In this document: piece after piece, positions 1 through 8,236 of the stretch | Layout: each line of letters opens with the position of its first letter | How positions within the stretch are numbered: position 1 is the stretch's first letter | Source of the DNA: a virus | Direction: 5' to 3' (one strand) | Virus record (IMG/VR): IMGVR_UViG_3300045988_094522 | DNA: 45,880 nt | Position numbers and translations under genes: made by a program | The notes under the pieces: model-generated | What the model was told of the DNA's origin: nothing | What the model saw: only the letters and a program-made list of their open reading frames with translations | Database searches by the model: none

Positions 1-85
1 CCTGGTGCATTGCCCGTGAAATCCGACAACGTACCGTCTTTTGTAAGGCGGTACGTTTTTGTCGGTAAAGAGGTAAGATTATAAG
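1..85. repeat. 85-bp exact terminal direct repeat, copy 1 (assembly overlap of a circular molecule)
   Basis: cctggtgcattgcccgtgaaatccgac...aggtaagattataag is identical to 45796-45880. Confidence 0.95.
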
Positions 86-1490
86 CGATTGTGACCTTGA
101 GCATATCGTTATCTTCATCCCATACGGTCACTGAGTTTACAAAGAGGTCTATAAGTAGTCTGCAAAATTCTTCATCTTCAATATCTCCGTCCTTGAACTT
201 CTCAAGCCAGAATATGACCTGCTCTTTCTCAAGCGGCACAATCAGTTCTTCTTCCTTTTTCAGTTGGGTAGACAAGTCTTTCTTTTCCCGTTCCAGCTCC
301 ACCATACGTTTTACAAGTGCGTCTGGCGTGGCTCCTGTTTCAATCGCTTTGGTGAGGTTATTGATAGAGACCTCAGTTTGGTGTATTCTGTCTCTGATAA
401 CAGGGATGGGTGAACCAGTCTCAATCTCATAGTCGTTTCTCTCACAGGCAACCGTGGCAAGGTGTTCTATATTTTCGTCTGTGAGTAAAGAGAGTGCGTC
501 CTGGGCTACCAGTCTTTCAATATACTCTTTTCGCAGGTTTCTCTTTTGGCAGCCGTTATACTTTGACTTCTTCCCATAGCACTCATAGAACGCATACTTG
601 TTCCCGTTGCAGTTCCCATTCATTGACTCTCCGCAGTGACCGCAGAATAGTTTCCCTGATAACAGATAAACTCTCTTGGCTTTGTTTCTGCCGGGAGAGT
701 TTTTTACTTTCTTTAAGCGAAGTTGCACTCTGTCCCATAAGTCACGGTCAATGATGGCTGGTATAGCGTCCTCTGCTCTGTAGTCATGGTAAGTGTATGT
801 GCCGATATACCGCTCATTACGGAAAATCTTACTAAATGAGTTTTTACCGAACTCCGTACCCTTTGAGGTCTTATACCCTCTGGCATTGAATATCCTGCAA
901 ATTTCCGCAACGCTATGACCCTCTGCATACATGGTAAAGGCTTCCCGCACAATAGGGGCGGTCTTTTCATCTATGACCAATTTCTTATCTACTGTCTTAT
1001 ATCCCAGGGGAAGTGCACCGCCTATGGAATTGTGCTTATAGGCTGACTCCCGCATACCACGATTGATTTTCTGGGAGAGTTCTGCACTGTAGAACTCAGC
1101 CATACCTTCCAGAACGGACTCAAGGATAATACCCTCTGGACTATCGGTTATGTTTTCCGTGGCTGAGATAAGCTGTACGCCGTTCTTTTTCAGGCGATAT
1201 TTATAGGTGGCTGAGTCATACCGGGAACGGGCGAAGCGGTCTAACTTGTAGACCACTACTGCGTCAAACAATCCTTTCTCTGAGTCTTTTATCATCTTGA
1301 GAAAGGAAACACGCTTCTCAGTATTTTTGCTGGCAGACGTGGCTCTGTCTGCGTAAATCTCTATAATCTTGATATTGTGCCGCTGGCAAAATTCCTGGCA
1401 CACTCTGGTCTGCCCTTCAATGGATTGTTCCGTCTGATTATGGCTGGAAAATCTGACGTAAAGGCAGGCTGTTTTTACATCCTCAAACAT
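1..1490 (-). CDS. int: Large serine recombinase (integrase), first 496 codons. The ORF runs off the window start and continues at 45795 down to 45711.
   Basis: ATG at 1490 with GGAGGA 6 nt upstream. N-terminus MFEDVKTACLYVRFSSHNQTEQSIEGQ carries the resolvase catalytic Ser motif. Also VVVYKLDRFARS, a recombinase domain, and the zinc-ribbon motif CGHCGESMNG...YECYGKK...GC. No stop before base 1. Not in the ORF track because it is open-ended. Confidence 0.9.
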   Translation of the reverse strand, partial: MFEDVKTACLYVRFSSHNQTEQSIEGQTRVCQEFCQRHNIKIIEIYADRATSASKNTEKRVSFLKMIKDSEKGLFDAVVVYKLDRFARSRYDSATYKYRLKKNGVQLISATENITDSPEGIILESVLEGMAEFYSAELSQKINRGMRESAYKHNSIGGALPLGYKTVDKKLVIDEKTAPIVREAFTMYAEGHSVAEICRIFNARGYKTSKGTEFGKNSFSKIFRNERYIGTYTYHDYRAEDAIPAIIDRDLWDRVQLRLKKVKNSPGRNKAKRVYLLSGKLFCGHCGESMNGNCNGNKYAFYECYGKKSKYNGCQKRNLRKEYIERLVAQDALSLLTDENIEHLATVACERNDYEIETGSPIPVIRDRIHQTEVSINNLTKAIETGATPDALVKRMVELEREKKDLSTQLKKEEELIVPLEKEQVIFWLEKFKDGDIEDEEFCRLLIDLFVNSVTVWDEDNDMLKVTIAYNLTSLPTKTYRLTKDGTLSDFTGNAP

Positions 1491-1517
1491 GGTTTTTCCT
1501 CCATTCTGCTAAGTCAA

Positions 1518-1871
1518 TCACCCGGCAACTACCTCCCCTTTGGGTGCGGTTGTTTTTTCGTTCATGCAAACCTGAATGATATGGAAACGTCCCTGGGTGC
1601 TGGCTGAACGGTAGGCTTCCAGTAAGAGGCGTTCTTCCTCAGAAAATGTACAAGTCTGCGGTTTTCTAAGTTCACTTAGACCTAAAAGAAAATCAGTGGT
1701 TACGTCAAAGTATTTTGCCAAACGGCAAAGAACGTCTGCCTTGGGTTGAGAACCGCTTTTCCATCCTGATACGCTGGGGGATTTTACACCAGCAATATCA
1801 AGCATTTCCTGAGTTTGGGGCTTCATCCCATGTTCTGAACATAGCATTTCATAGCGTTCATAGAAAGTCAT
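1518..1871 (-). CDS. XRE/CI-like helix-turn-helix repressor
   Basis: 117 aa. The HTH segment QEMLDIAGVKSPSVSGWKSGSQPKADVLCRLAKYFDVTTDFLLG is typical of the XRE family. GGAGG lies 7 nt upstream. The gene is co-oriented with int, directly upstream of it, and divergent from the early operon. Confidence 0.8.
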   Translation of the reverse strand: MTFYERYEMLCSEHGMKPQTQEMLDIAGVKSPSVSGWKSGSQPKADVLCRLAKYFDVTTDFLLGLSELRKPQTCTFSEEERLLLEAYRSASTQGRFHIIQVCMNEKTTAPKGEVVAG

Positions 1872-1915
1872 AAGGACACCTCCAAAATTTTTCTAAGAAA
1901 ACCTTGAAAACCCTC

Positions 1916-1944
1916 TTGACAATCTAAGTAAACCTTGGTAATAT
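1916..1944 (+). promoter_or_regulatory. Early rightward sigma70-type promoter (PR-like)
   Basis: TTGACA (1916-1921), 17-nt spacer, TAATAT (1939-1944), upstream of the cro-like gene. Confidence 0.65.
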
Positions 1945-1955
1945 GAGTATGTCAA
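1927..1955 (-). promoter_or_regulatory. Leftward repressor promoter (PRM-like), overlapping PR face to face
   Basis: On the minus strand: TTGACA (1955-1950), 17-nt spacer, TTTACT (1932-1927). Confidence 0.45.
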
Positions 1956-2122
1956 CAAGAGTTGTTTACAAAAAGGCAAAAGAATAACGCCCCTCTGGGA
2001 TATATTTTTTGCCCGGAGAGTTCTCAATGGTTTATGAGTGTGGTAGCTTCATTATAACCTTTGGGGAGTCCTCTGTCAACTATTGTTTACAAGAATACTC
2101 AAAGGAAGGAGGTACATGAGAC

Positions 2123-2347
2123 GTGGAGGAACGTGAGAATATTCGTGAACGATTGAGGAAGCACAGTCTTTCTTACGTTTGGCTTATCAGCCAGTTACGC
2201 ATGAGGGGCATTGTCACGGACAAGACGGAAATGAGTTCTGTCATTTCTGGGGTGAGGAACGGGGCAAAAGCCGACTCAATCATCCAGACTGCCAACGATA
2301 TTCTGGACAGTTACGAACAGGGTTCTGTCCTCGTTGGTGAGAAGTAA
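2123..2347 (+). CDS. Cro-like small DNA-binding protein, first gene of the early operon
   Basis: 74 aa with a GTG start 10 nt after AGGAGG. HTH-like LSYVWLISQLRMRGIVTDKTEMSSVISGVRNG. Sits opposite the repressor. Confidence 0.55.
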   Translation: MEERENIRERLRKHSLSYVWLISQLRMRGIVTDKTEMSSVISGVRNGAKADSIIQTANDILDSYEQGSVLVGEK

Positions 2348-2514
2348 TGTTTCCGAAAATGGAAGAAAGTGCTTTGGGTTCCCTGCTTGCGAAAAGGGTT
2401 AAAGCCTACTTCCAGGACAAGGAACACCAGAAAGAATTTGAAGAATGGTACTTGAAGAAGTACGGCAAGAGATTTGAAGGAGGATATTACCATGAAGGTA
2501 AAAAGAATGATTAA
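2347..2514 (+). CDS. Hypothetical small protein (55 aa)
   Basis: The ATG overlaps the cro-like stop (TAATG). The ORF MFPKMEESALGSLLAKRVKAYFQDKEHQKEFEEWYLKKYGKRFEGGYYHEGKKND is below the track's size cutoff. Its 3' end overlaps the next gene's start. Confidence 0.4.
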   Translation: MFPKMEESALGSLLAKRVKAYFQDKEHQKEFEEWYLKKYGKRFEGGYYHEGKKND

Positions 2515-3061
2515 GTCTGACGTTGATACTTTCCGGGTTGGAGATATTATCAAGTTCAAACTGACAGACGGCGAAAAGGTACAGGCAATGGCGGTACAGC
2601 AGGAAAATGACGGTATGCTGTTCTGTCTGGTGGACTGCTTGGCTGACGAGTATTCCATGAACGATACGAACACCAATGAGGGCGGCTATGAGGGCAGTGA
2701 CCTCAGAAAGAAGCTGAACACTGAGATTATTGCCCGCTTCCCTGCCGACATTAAGGCTATGATGGTTCCTTTCGGAAATGGAGATTATCTCCGTCTGCCA
2801 ACTGAAAAAGAGATTTTCGGTGAGAACTACTATGGCGAGTACGAGAGTCCGTATGTGCAGCAGTGGAAGCCTATGAAGCAGAGACGGAACCGCATTGCAT
2901 TTCAGGGTAAGAATGGTGGCTGGGAATGGTACTGGCTCCAGAATAAGTGTAGAGACTCCGCTGCTCACTTTGCCAGTGTCGACGACACCGGCGGTGCGGG
3001 CTACGGCGGCGCTTCTTACTCTTATGGCGTTCGTCCCGCTTTCAAAATCAGGGTTCTTTAA
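2492..3061 (+). CDS. Remote DGR target protein 2: stand-alone ligand-binding-type domain (DUF6273/C-type-lectin-like) with C-terminal VR2
   Basis: ATG 2492 lies 8 nt after GGAGG. 189 aa with no signal peptide. Motifs DLRKKLN, LPTEKEIFG, WYWLQN and C-terminal GVRPAF. The C-terminus is paralogous to the tail-fibre-like gene 39968-40852 and matches the TR. Confidence 0.8.
   Translation: MKVKRMIKSDVDTFRVGDIIKFKLTDGEKVQAMAVQQENDGMLFCLVDCLADEYSMNDTNTNEGGYEGSDLRKKLNTEIIARFPADIKAMMVPFGNGDYLRLPTEKEIFGENYYGEYESPYVQQWKPMKQRRNRIAFQGKNGGWEWYWLQNKCRDSAAHFASVDDTGGAGYGGASYSYGVRPAFKIRVL
2954..3043 (+). repeat. DGR variable region VR2
   Basis: Gap-free 90-bp alignment to TR 41443-41532. 18 mismatches fall at TR adenines. 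One T-to-C mismatch lies at the third base of the 5' edge. Confidence 0.85.
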
Positions 3062-3062
3062 T

Positions 3063-3085
3063 CTACACCCCCTTGTGGGGTGTAG
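3063..3085 (+). promoter_or_regulatory. GC hairpin downstream of VR2 (candidate DGR target-recognition cruciform, possibly also a terminator)
   Basis: ctacacccc / cttgt / ggggtgtag: 9-bp stem and 5-nt loop, preceded by ttaatcta. Same architecture and loop as 40861-40883. Confidence 0.65.
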
Positions 3086-3097
3086 GGGAGGTACTAC

Positions 3098-3505
3098 ATG
3101 AAGCGAGTGAACAAAACAATAGGAAATCAGTTTGAAGAAGAACTCTGTAGACTTCTGGCTGAACATGGATGGTGGGCGCACAATATGGCGCAGAACCAGA
3201 CAGGGCAGCCCGCAGATGTGATAGCGGTCAAAAATGGTATTCCCGTACTGATTGACTGCAAGGACTGTGCCAATAACATTTTCACCCTGTCTCGTATTGA
3301 AGCGAACCAGGAAGGGGCTATGACCCGCTGGGAAGCTACAGGGAATGAGCATTGTTACTTTGCTATGCGGCTGAATACAGGGCAGATTTACATGGTGCAT
3401 TTTGATGAACTTTGCCTGCGGGAGTTGTACGGCGAAGGGAGCATTACCGAAAAAGAGTTTCCAGAGTTCAAGACCTTCAAACAGTGGGTGGAGGAATTTG
3501 AATGA
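3098..3505 (+). CDS. Holliday-junction resolvase-like PD-(D/E)xK nuclease (RecU/Hjc-like)
   Basis: 135 aa with GNQFEEELCRLLAEHGWW...QPADVIAVKNGIPVLIDCK, the D...(D/E)xK pattern. Confidence 0.6.
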   Translation: MKRVNKTIGNQFEEELCRLLAEHGWWAHNMAQNQTGQPADVIAVKNGIPVLIDCKDCANNIFTLSRIEANQEGAMTRWEATGNEHCYFAMRLNTGQIYMVHFDELCLRELYGEGSITEKEFPEFKTFKQWVEEFE

Positions 3506-4890
3506 TAACGGAAATCGGAAGCCGTTTGAAAATCACTGACCCTTCCCCGGAACTGGTTGCCTGGTGCAAGAAAAATCTGGAAATGCCGAACCCAGAGTAT
3601 CAGAAGAAAGCAAGGATGAATTTGTGGCTGGGAAATACGCCCAGAACTCTCATTTTATATGAGATAGAGGGCAACGCTATAATCCTTCCTTTCGGCTGTC
3701 TGAGGGGTATCCTGCCGCTTTTGGAAGGGGAGGTAGTGAAATACTTCCCTGAGAAAAGAAACGTCAAATACGGCGGCTCTGTGCCGTTATACGACTATCA
3801 GGAAGAAGCTGTAGGAGCCATGCTGATAAATCATTACGGTATCTTGCAATCTCCCGCTGGAAGCGGAAAAACGCAGATGGGAATTGCTCTTGCCAGTGAT
3901 TTAGGTGTAAGGACGCTTTGGCTGACCCATACGAAAGACCTTCTAACCCAGAGTAAGAACAGGGCTGAACAATACTTCTCTCCTGACCTCATGGGAACCA
4001 TTACAGAGGGAAAAGTCAATATCGGGACAGCTATGACGTTTGCCACGATACAGACCATGTGCAAATTGGATTTGGAACAATACCGTGATACCTGGGACTG
4101 TATTATCGTGGATGAATGTCACAGAGTAAGCGGAACGCCTACGGCAGTCACGCAGTTCTCAAGGGTTCTGAACGCTCTCAGGGCAAGGCACAAATACGGA
4201 CTATCCGCTACGGTACATAGGGCTGACGGATTGATAAAGGCAACCTACGCAATGCTTGGGGAAGTGGTTTATACCGTTCCTGATGAAGCTGTGAAGTCAA
4301 AGATAATGACAGTTCATGTGCAGCCGAAAGGGACAGGGGTAAAACTCAGTTCAGATTTTTTAAACAGTGACGGCACTATCAATTATCCGAAGATGATTAC
4401 TTATCTGACTGAGAATGAGGAACGGAATGAGATTATCATGGATGACCTTTTGGAAAACTGTGACCATTACAACCTTATCCTCTCAGACAGAGTTGACCAC
4501 CTGAGAAGCCTGTATGAAAGTTTGCCACTGGCACTGAAAGTTCGGGCGGCGGTAATTGATGGGAAAATGACTACCAAAAAGCTGAAAGCAGAACGGGAAC
4601 AGGCACTTGAAGATATGCGCTCCGGAAAGAAGCATTACCTGTTTGCCACTTATGCTTTGGCAAAGGAAGGGTTGGATATTCCCCGGCTGGATAGGCTCTA
4701 TCTGACCACGCCACAAAAGGATTATGCAGTCATAGTCCAGAGTGTGGGACGAATTGCCAGAACCTTTGACGGGAAGGAACAACCCATTGCATACGACTAT
4801 GTAGACTACATACGGTCATTGCAGAAATCCTTCAAGAAACGCTGCACGAGTTATCGTAAGTGCGGTTGCGTGATATTGGAGGGTGAATGA
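3502..4890 (+). CDS. SF2 DEAD/DEAH-box DNA helicase
   Basis: Walker A SPAGSGKTQ, motif II IIVDECHR, and C-terminal helicase motifs (FATYALAKEGLDIP, QSVGRIAR). Confidence 0.85.
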   Translation: MITEIGSRLKITDPSPELVAWCKKNLEMPNPEYQKKARMNLWLGNTPRTLILYEIEGNAIILPFGCLRGILPLLEGEVVKYFPEKRNVKYGGSVPLYDYQEEAVGAMLINHYGILQSPAGSGKTQMGIALASDLGVRTLWLTHTKDLLTQSKNRAEQYFSPDLMGTITEGKVNIGTAMTFATIQTMCKLDLEQYRDTWDCIIVDECHRVSGTPTAVTQFSRVLNALRARHKYGLSATVHRADGLIKATYAMLGEVVYTVPDEAVKSKIMTVHVQPKGTGVKLSSDFLNSDGTINYPKMITYLTENEERNEIIMDDLLENCDHYNLILSDRVDHLRSLYESLPLALKVRAAVIDGKMTTKKLKAEREQALEDMRSGKKHYLFATYALAKEGLDIPRLDRLYLTTPQKDYAVIVQSVGRIARTFDGKEQPIAYDYVDYIRSLQKSFKKRCTSYRKCGCVILEGE

Positions 4891-6755
4891 TGGAAAATGA
4901 CATTTTTATCTTTGACTGTGAGGTGTTCGCTCACGATTGGCTGTTCGTTTTCAAAGAGATAGCCACTGGGGAATACACAGTTATCCATAATGACAATGAC
5001 GCTGTAGTTGCTTTCATGGAGCGCAACCCGTTCCTGGGAGGATTTAACAACAAGCACTATGACAATTTCATTTTAAAAGGGGTGATGTGCGGGCTTACTC
5101 CCGAACAGATTAAGGAAATCAATGACCTTATCATTGTGGAGGAAGTCAACGGATGGGATATACCCGTTCTCAGAGAGTACAGAGTATACTTTGACAGCTT
5201 TGACCTTATGGACGATTGCCAGGTTGGGTTGTCTCTTAAAGCGATTGAAGCCCACCTGGGAATACCGATTGAGGAAACTGAGGTTGACTTCAATATCACT
5301 CATAGGCTCTCAGAGAAAGAATTGCAGGAAACCATTTACTACTGCAAATATGACGTGGACGCTACTGAGAAGCTGTATCACCTGCGGCAAGCGTATCTGA
5401 AAAACAAAGTCACTCTGGGTAAAGCGAGAAACCTGACAGATAGACAGGCAATGTATATGACCAATGCAAAACTGACTTCTGTTTATCTGAAAGCGCAAAA
5501 GCCTGAAAAGCCCTGGAATGACGAAAGGAACTATCAATACCCGGAAAAGCTGTTACGGCAGTATATCCCTCAAGAGGTGTTTGACTTCTTTGACCGCATG
5601 AAAGATGACTGCATACCCAATGATGAACTGTTCAGTAGCAAGCTGGAAATTATGGTAGGTGTTTGCCCCTGCACTATCGCTTATGGTGGTATTCACGGCG
5701 CAATTCCTACCTATGTGGAAGAAGCCACTGAAACACGCACAATTCGCAACAAAGACGTGGCAAGCTACTATCCGCACTTGATGACCCTTATGGGTTATTG
5801 CAGCCGTAATATGCCGTCTCCGAAGATGTTTGAGGACACACTGGAAGAAAGAGTTGCCGCTAAAAAGGCAGGCGATAAAGCCACTGCAAACGCTTTGAAG
5901 TTGGTTCTTAACACAACATACGGAGCCATGCTGAACGGTAAGGATGGAACAGCGTTTAATGACCTGTATGACCCCCTGATGGGACGTTCCGTGTGCATAT
6001 CTGGGCAGCTTTTCCTCTTGGAACTTTCCGAACACCTGATTGCTGAGTGTCCTACTTTGAAAATCATTCAGCTTAACACAGATGGTATCATGGTGAGTTT
6101 TGACCATGAGGATGAAGCAAAATATCAGGAAATCACCCAGGAATGGCAGGACAGAACAGGTTTTGAACTGGAAGAAGATTTTATTCGCAAGATTGTTCAG
6201 AAGGACGTAAACAACTATGTGGAAGTCCCGGCTGACGGCGGGGAGCCGAAGGTCAAAGGTGGACAGCTTGTGCGGGGGATTGCTCCTGCGGGAGCCTTTA
6301 ATATCAACAATAATGCTGTGGTAGTCGCAAGGGCGATAAAGCAGTATTTCATTGACGGTACTCCCCCGGAGGAAACCATTGCGGCAAGTGAGAACATTCT
6401 GGATTTTCAGCTTATCGCAAAGGCGGGAGGTAAGTATTCTCAGTGCTATCACCTGGTAGGCGGGGAAAAAGTGATTGTTCAAAAGGTGAACCGTGTTTAT
6501 GCAGTATCAGACAAAAGCAAAGGGACAGTCTATAAAACCCACGCTGTTACAGGTAGAGACGCTAAAGTGGCTGGACTTCCCACGCATTGTGCCATTGACA
6601 ATAACAACAATCTCTCCATAGAGGTAGTTGACCGAAAGTGGTATGTCAAATTGGCAAAGAAGTATATCAATGATTTTTTGGGCATTAAGCCGCCCAGAAA
6701 AAATACCAGACGGATTAACTCACTCAAAAAGAAATCTTTAGCATTATTCGATTAA
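4887..6755 (+). CDS. DNA polymerase, family-B-like, with N-terminal 3'-5' exonuclease
   Basis: Exonuclease motifs FDCEV, NNKHYDNFIL and YCKYDVDAT. Polymerase motifs DVASYYPHLM (DxxSLYPS-like), KLVLNTTYGAM (KxxxNSxYG-like) and LNTDGIMV (DTD-like). Confidence 0.75.
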   Translation: MMENDIFIFDCEVFAHDWLFVFKEIATGEYTVIHNDNDAVVAFMERNPFLGGFNNKHYDNFILKGVMCGLTPEQIKEINDLIIVEEVNGWDIPVLREYRVYFDSFDLMDDCQVGLSLKAIEAHLGIPIEETEVDFNITHRLSEKELQETIYYCKYDVDATEKLYHLRQAYLKNKVTLGKARNLTDRQAMYMTNAKLTSVYLKAQKPEKPWNDERNYQYPEKLLRQYIPQEVFDFFDRMKDDCIPNDELFSSKLEIMVGVCPCTIAYGGIHGAIPTYVEEATETRTIRNKDVASYYPHLMTLMGYCSRNMPSPKMFEDTLEERVAAKKAGDKATANALKLVLNTTYGAMLNGKDGTAFNDLYDPLMGRSVCISGQLFLLELSEHLIAECPTLKIIQLNTDGIMVSFDHEDEAKYQEITQEWQDRTGFELEEDFIRKIVQKDVNNYVEVPADGGEPKVKGGQLVRGIAPAGAFNINNNAVVVARAIKQYFIDGTPPEETIAASENILDFQLIAKAGGKYSQCYHLVGGEKVIVQKVNRVYAVSDKSKGTVYKTHAVTGRDAKVAGLPTHCAIDNNNNLSIEVVDRKWYVKLAKKYINDFLGIKPPRKNTRRINSLKKKSLALFD

Positions 6756-6768
6756 GGAGGATAAGACT

Positions 6769-7269
6769 ATGAAGTTTACAGAAGTAGCACCCATGATGGA
6801 AAAGGGAGCAAAAATCAAGTTAAAGCAGTGGAAAAATGCTTATTGGTATCTGGACAACAAAGGTTGTCTTATTAACCACTTTGAGGAAGGTGAAGAAATT
6901 CCTGCGGCTGACTTATTTCCTTACACCTTGGCATGGGGACTTTGTAATGACTGGGAGATTGTGCAGGAGCCGAAGGTAGAAAAAATTCACTCCTTTGGTT
7001 ACGCCCTTTCTGCTCTCAAGAACGGTAAGAAGGTTGCCCGCAAGGGTTGGAACGGCAAGGGAATGTTTCTTGTGCTTTGCCCTGGTAATAAGGTTCCCGC
7101 TGACCACATGAAGGTCAAGGAAGTCAAGAAATTCTACCAGAACGAGAAACAGGACACGGTTACTATCAATCCGCACATTGATATGAAAGCTGCTGACGGT
7201 ACATACGTTACAGGTTGGCTTGCTTCTCAGACTGATATGCTGGCTGATGACTGGTATGTGGTTGAGTAA
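6769..7269 (+). CDS. DUF2829 (Tad2/MW1434-like) protein, apparently two tandem domain copies
   Basis: The C-terminal half has the family hallmark ALKNGKKVARKGWNGKGMFL...IDMKAADGTYVTGWLASQTDMLADDWYVVE. The N-terminal half is a degenerate copy (MEKGAKIKLKQWKNAYW...NDWEIV). Confidence 0.65.
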   Translation: MKFTEVAPMMEKGAKIKLKQWKNAYWYLDNKGCLINHFEEGEEIPAADLFPYTLAWGLCNDWEIVQEPKVEKIHSFGYALSALKNGKKVARKGWNGKGMFLVLCPGNKVPADHMKVKEVKKFYQNEKQDTVTINPHIDMKAADGTYVTGWLASQTDMLADDWYVVE

Positions 7270-7282
7270 GGAGGACAAGCAG

Positions 7283-7468
7283 ATGAAAGTATTTCTTTTC
7301 TTACTTTTACTCATTGCCCTTGAAGCCCTCAGTTTCGGACTGGCAGCACTCATTGTGTGGGTATTGAGCCTGTGTTTTGGCTTTGTATTCTCATGGAAAC
7401 TGGCTTTAGGGTTATGGATTTTGTTCCTTGTCGCTCAGAGTATTTTTAAGCCCAGAAACAACGGTTAA
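7283..7468 (+). CDS. Small hydrophobic membrane protein
   Basis: ATG follows AAGGAGGA. 61 aa, MKVFLFLLLLIALEALSFGLAALIVWVLSLCFGFVFSWKLALGLWILFLVAQ, about 2 TM helices. Confidence 0.5.
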   Translation: MKVFLFLLLLIALEALSFGLAALIVWVLSLCFGFVFSWKLALGLWILFLVAQSIFKPRNNG

Positions 7469-7481
7469 GGAGGAATTTGAA

Positions 7482-8234
7482 ATGGCAAATATCTATGAAG
7501 GAATGAATGTACGGCAGAAGTTGGCAAAGGCAAGGCTGTACTTTCTCAATCAGAAAATCAAGAAGTCTGGTAAGAATATGCACCTTGAGTTCAAGTACTT
7601 TGAATTGGAGGATATTGTACCCCCGGCAATCCGCATTTTCGCCCGTGTTGGTCTCACCACCAACATTGAGTTTACGGACGATAAGGCGGTAATGAATGTG
7701 TTCAACACAGATGATGTGAATGAACCCCCGCTGTCCTTCACGGTTCCCTATCGTGAGGTTAAGCCGATTATCAGCAATCAGGGTAAAGAGGTCACAAACC
7801 CCATGCAGGCGTTGGGTTCTTCTGTTACATATCTGCGGCGTTACCTCTGGATGACCGTTCTTGATATTACGGAGCCTGATGACATTGACGCAACTCTGGG
7901 AGCAGAGGATGAAGGGACAGAGGAAGGAGAAATTCCCGCCCCAAACCCTGAGACTGCAAAGAAAGAAAAGAAGCAGAAGCCCCCGGCTACCGCTACGGAG
8001 CGTAAGGCGGCAAAGGAAAATCTGACCGATACTGAGGGCAACGCTGACGCTTTGCAGATTGCGGCTCTTAAGAAGGTTTGCAAGGAACTCTTGGAAAAGG
8101 ACGAGACTCAGGAAGATTTTGTTCAGCAGATTGCCATGAAAACTCAGGGCTTTACCGTTGTGACCCGTTCGGCTTGCGAACAGCTTATCAAGAACCTTGG
8201 TGAAATGATTGAGTCTTACGGTACGGAGGAATAA
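7482..8234 (+). CDS. erf: ERF-family single-strand annealing protein
   Basis: ATG follows AAGGAGGA. Motifs KSGKNMHLEFKYFELEDIVPP and QALGSSVTYLRRYLWMTVLDI match the ERF pattern. Acidic/lysine-rich C-terminus. Confidence 0.7.
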   Translation: MANIYEGMNVRQKLAKARLYFLNQKIKKSGKNMHLEFKYFELEDIVPPAIRIFARVGLTTNIEFTDDKAVMNVFNTDDVNEPPLSFTVPYREVKPIISNQGKEVTNPMQALGSSVTYLRRYLWMTVLDITEPDDIDATLGAEDEGTEEGEIPAPNPETAKKEKKQKPPATATERKAAKENLTDTEGNADALQIAALKKVCKELLEKDETQEDFVQQIAMKTQGFTVVTRSACEQLIKNLGEMIESYGTEE

Positions 8235-8236
8235 GG

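Noticed and set aside
1-85. The 85-bp terminal repeats as attL/attR or as a physical phage terminal redundancy
   Set aside because: The integrase ORF reads in frame through the junction, and serine integrases use very short crossover cores. An assembly overlap of a circular molecule explains the repeats fully.
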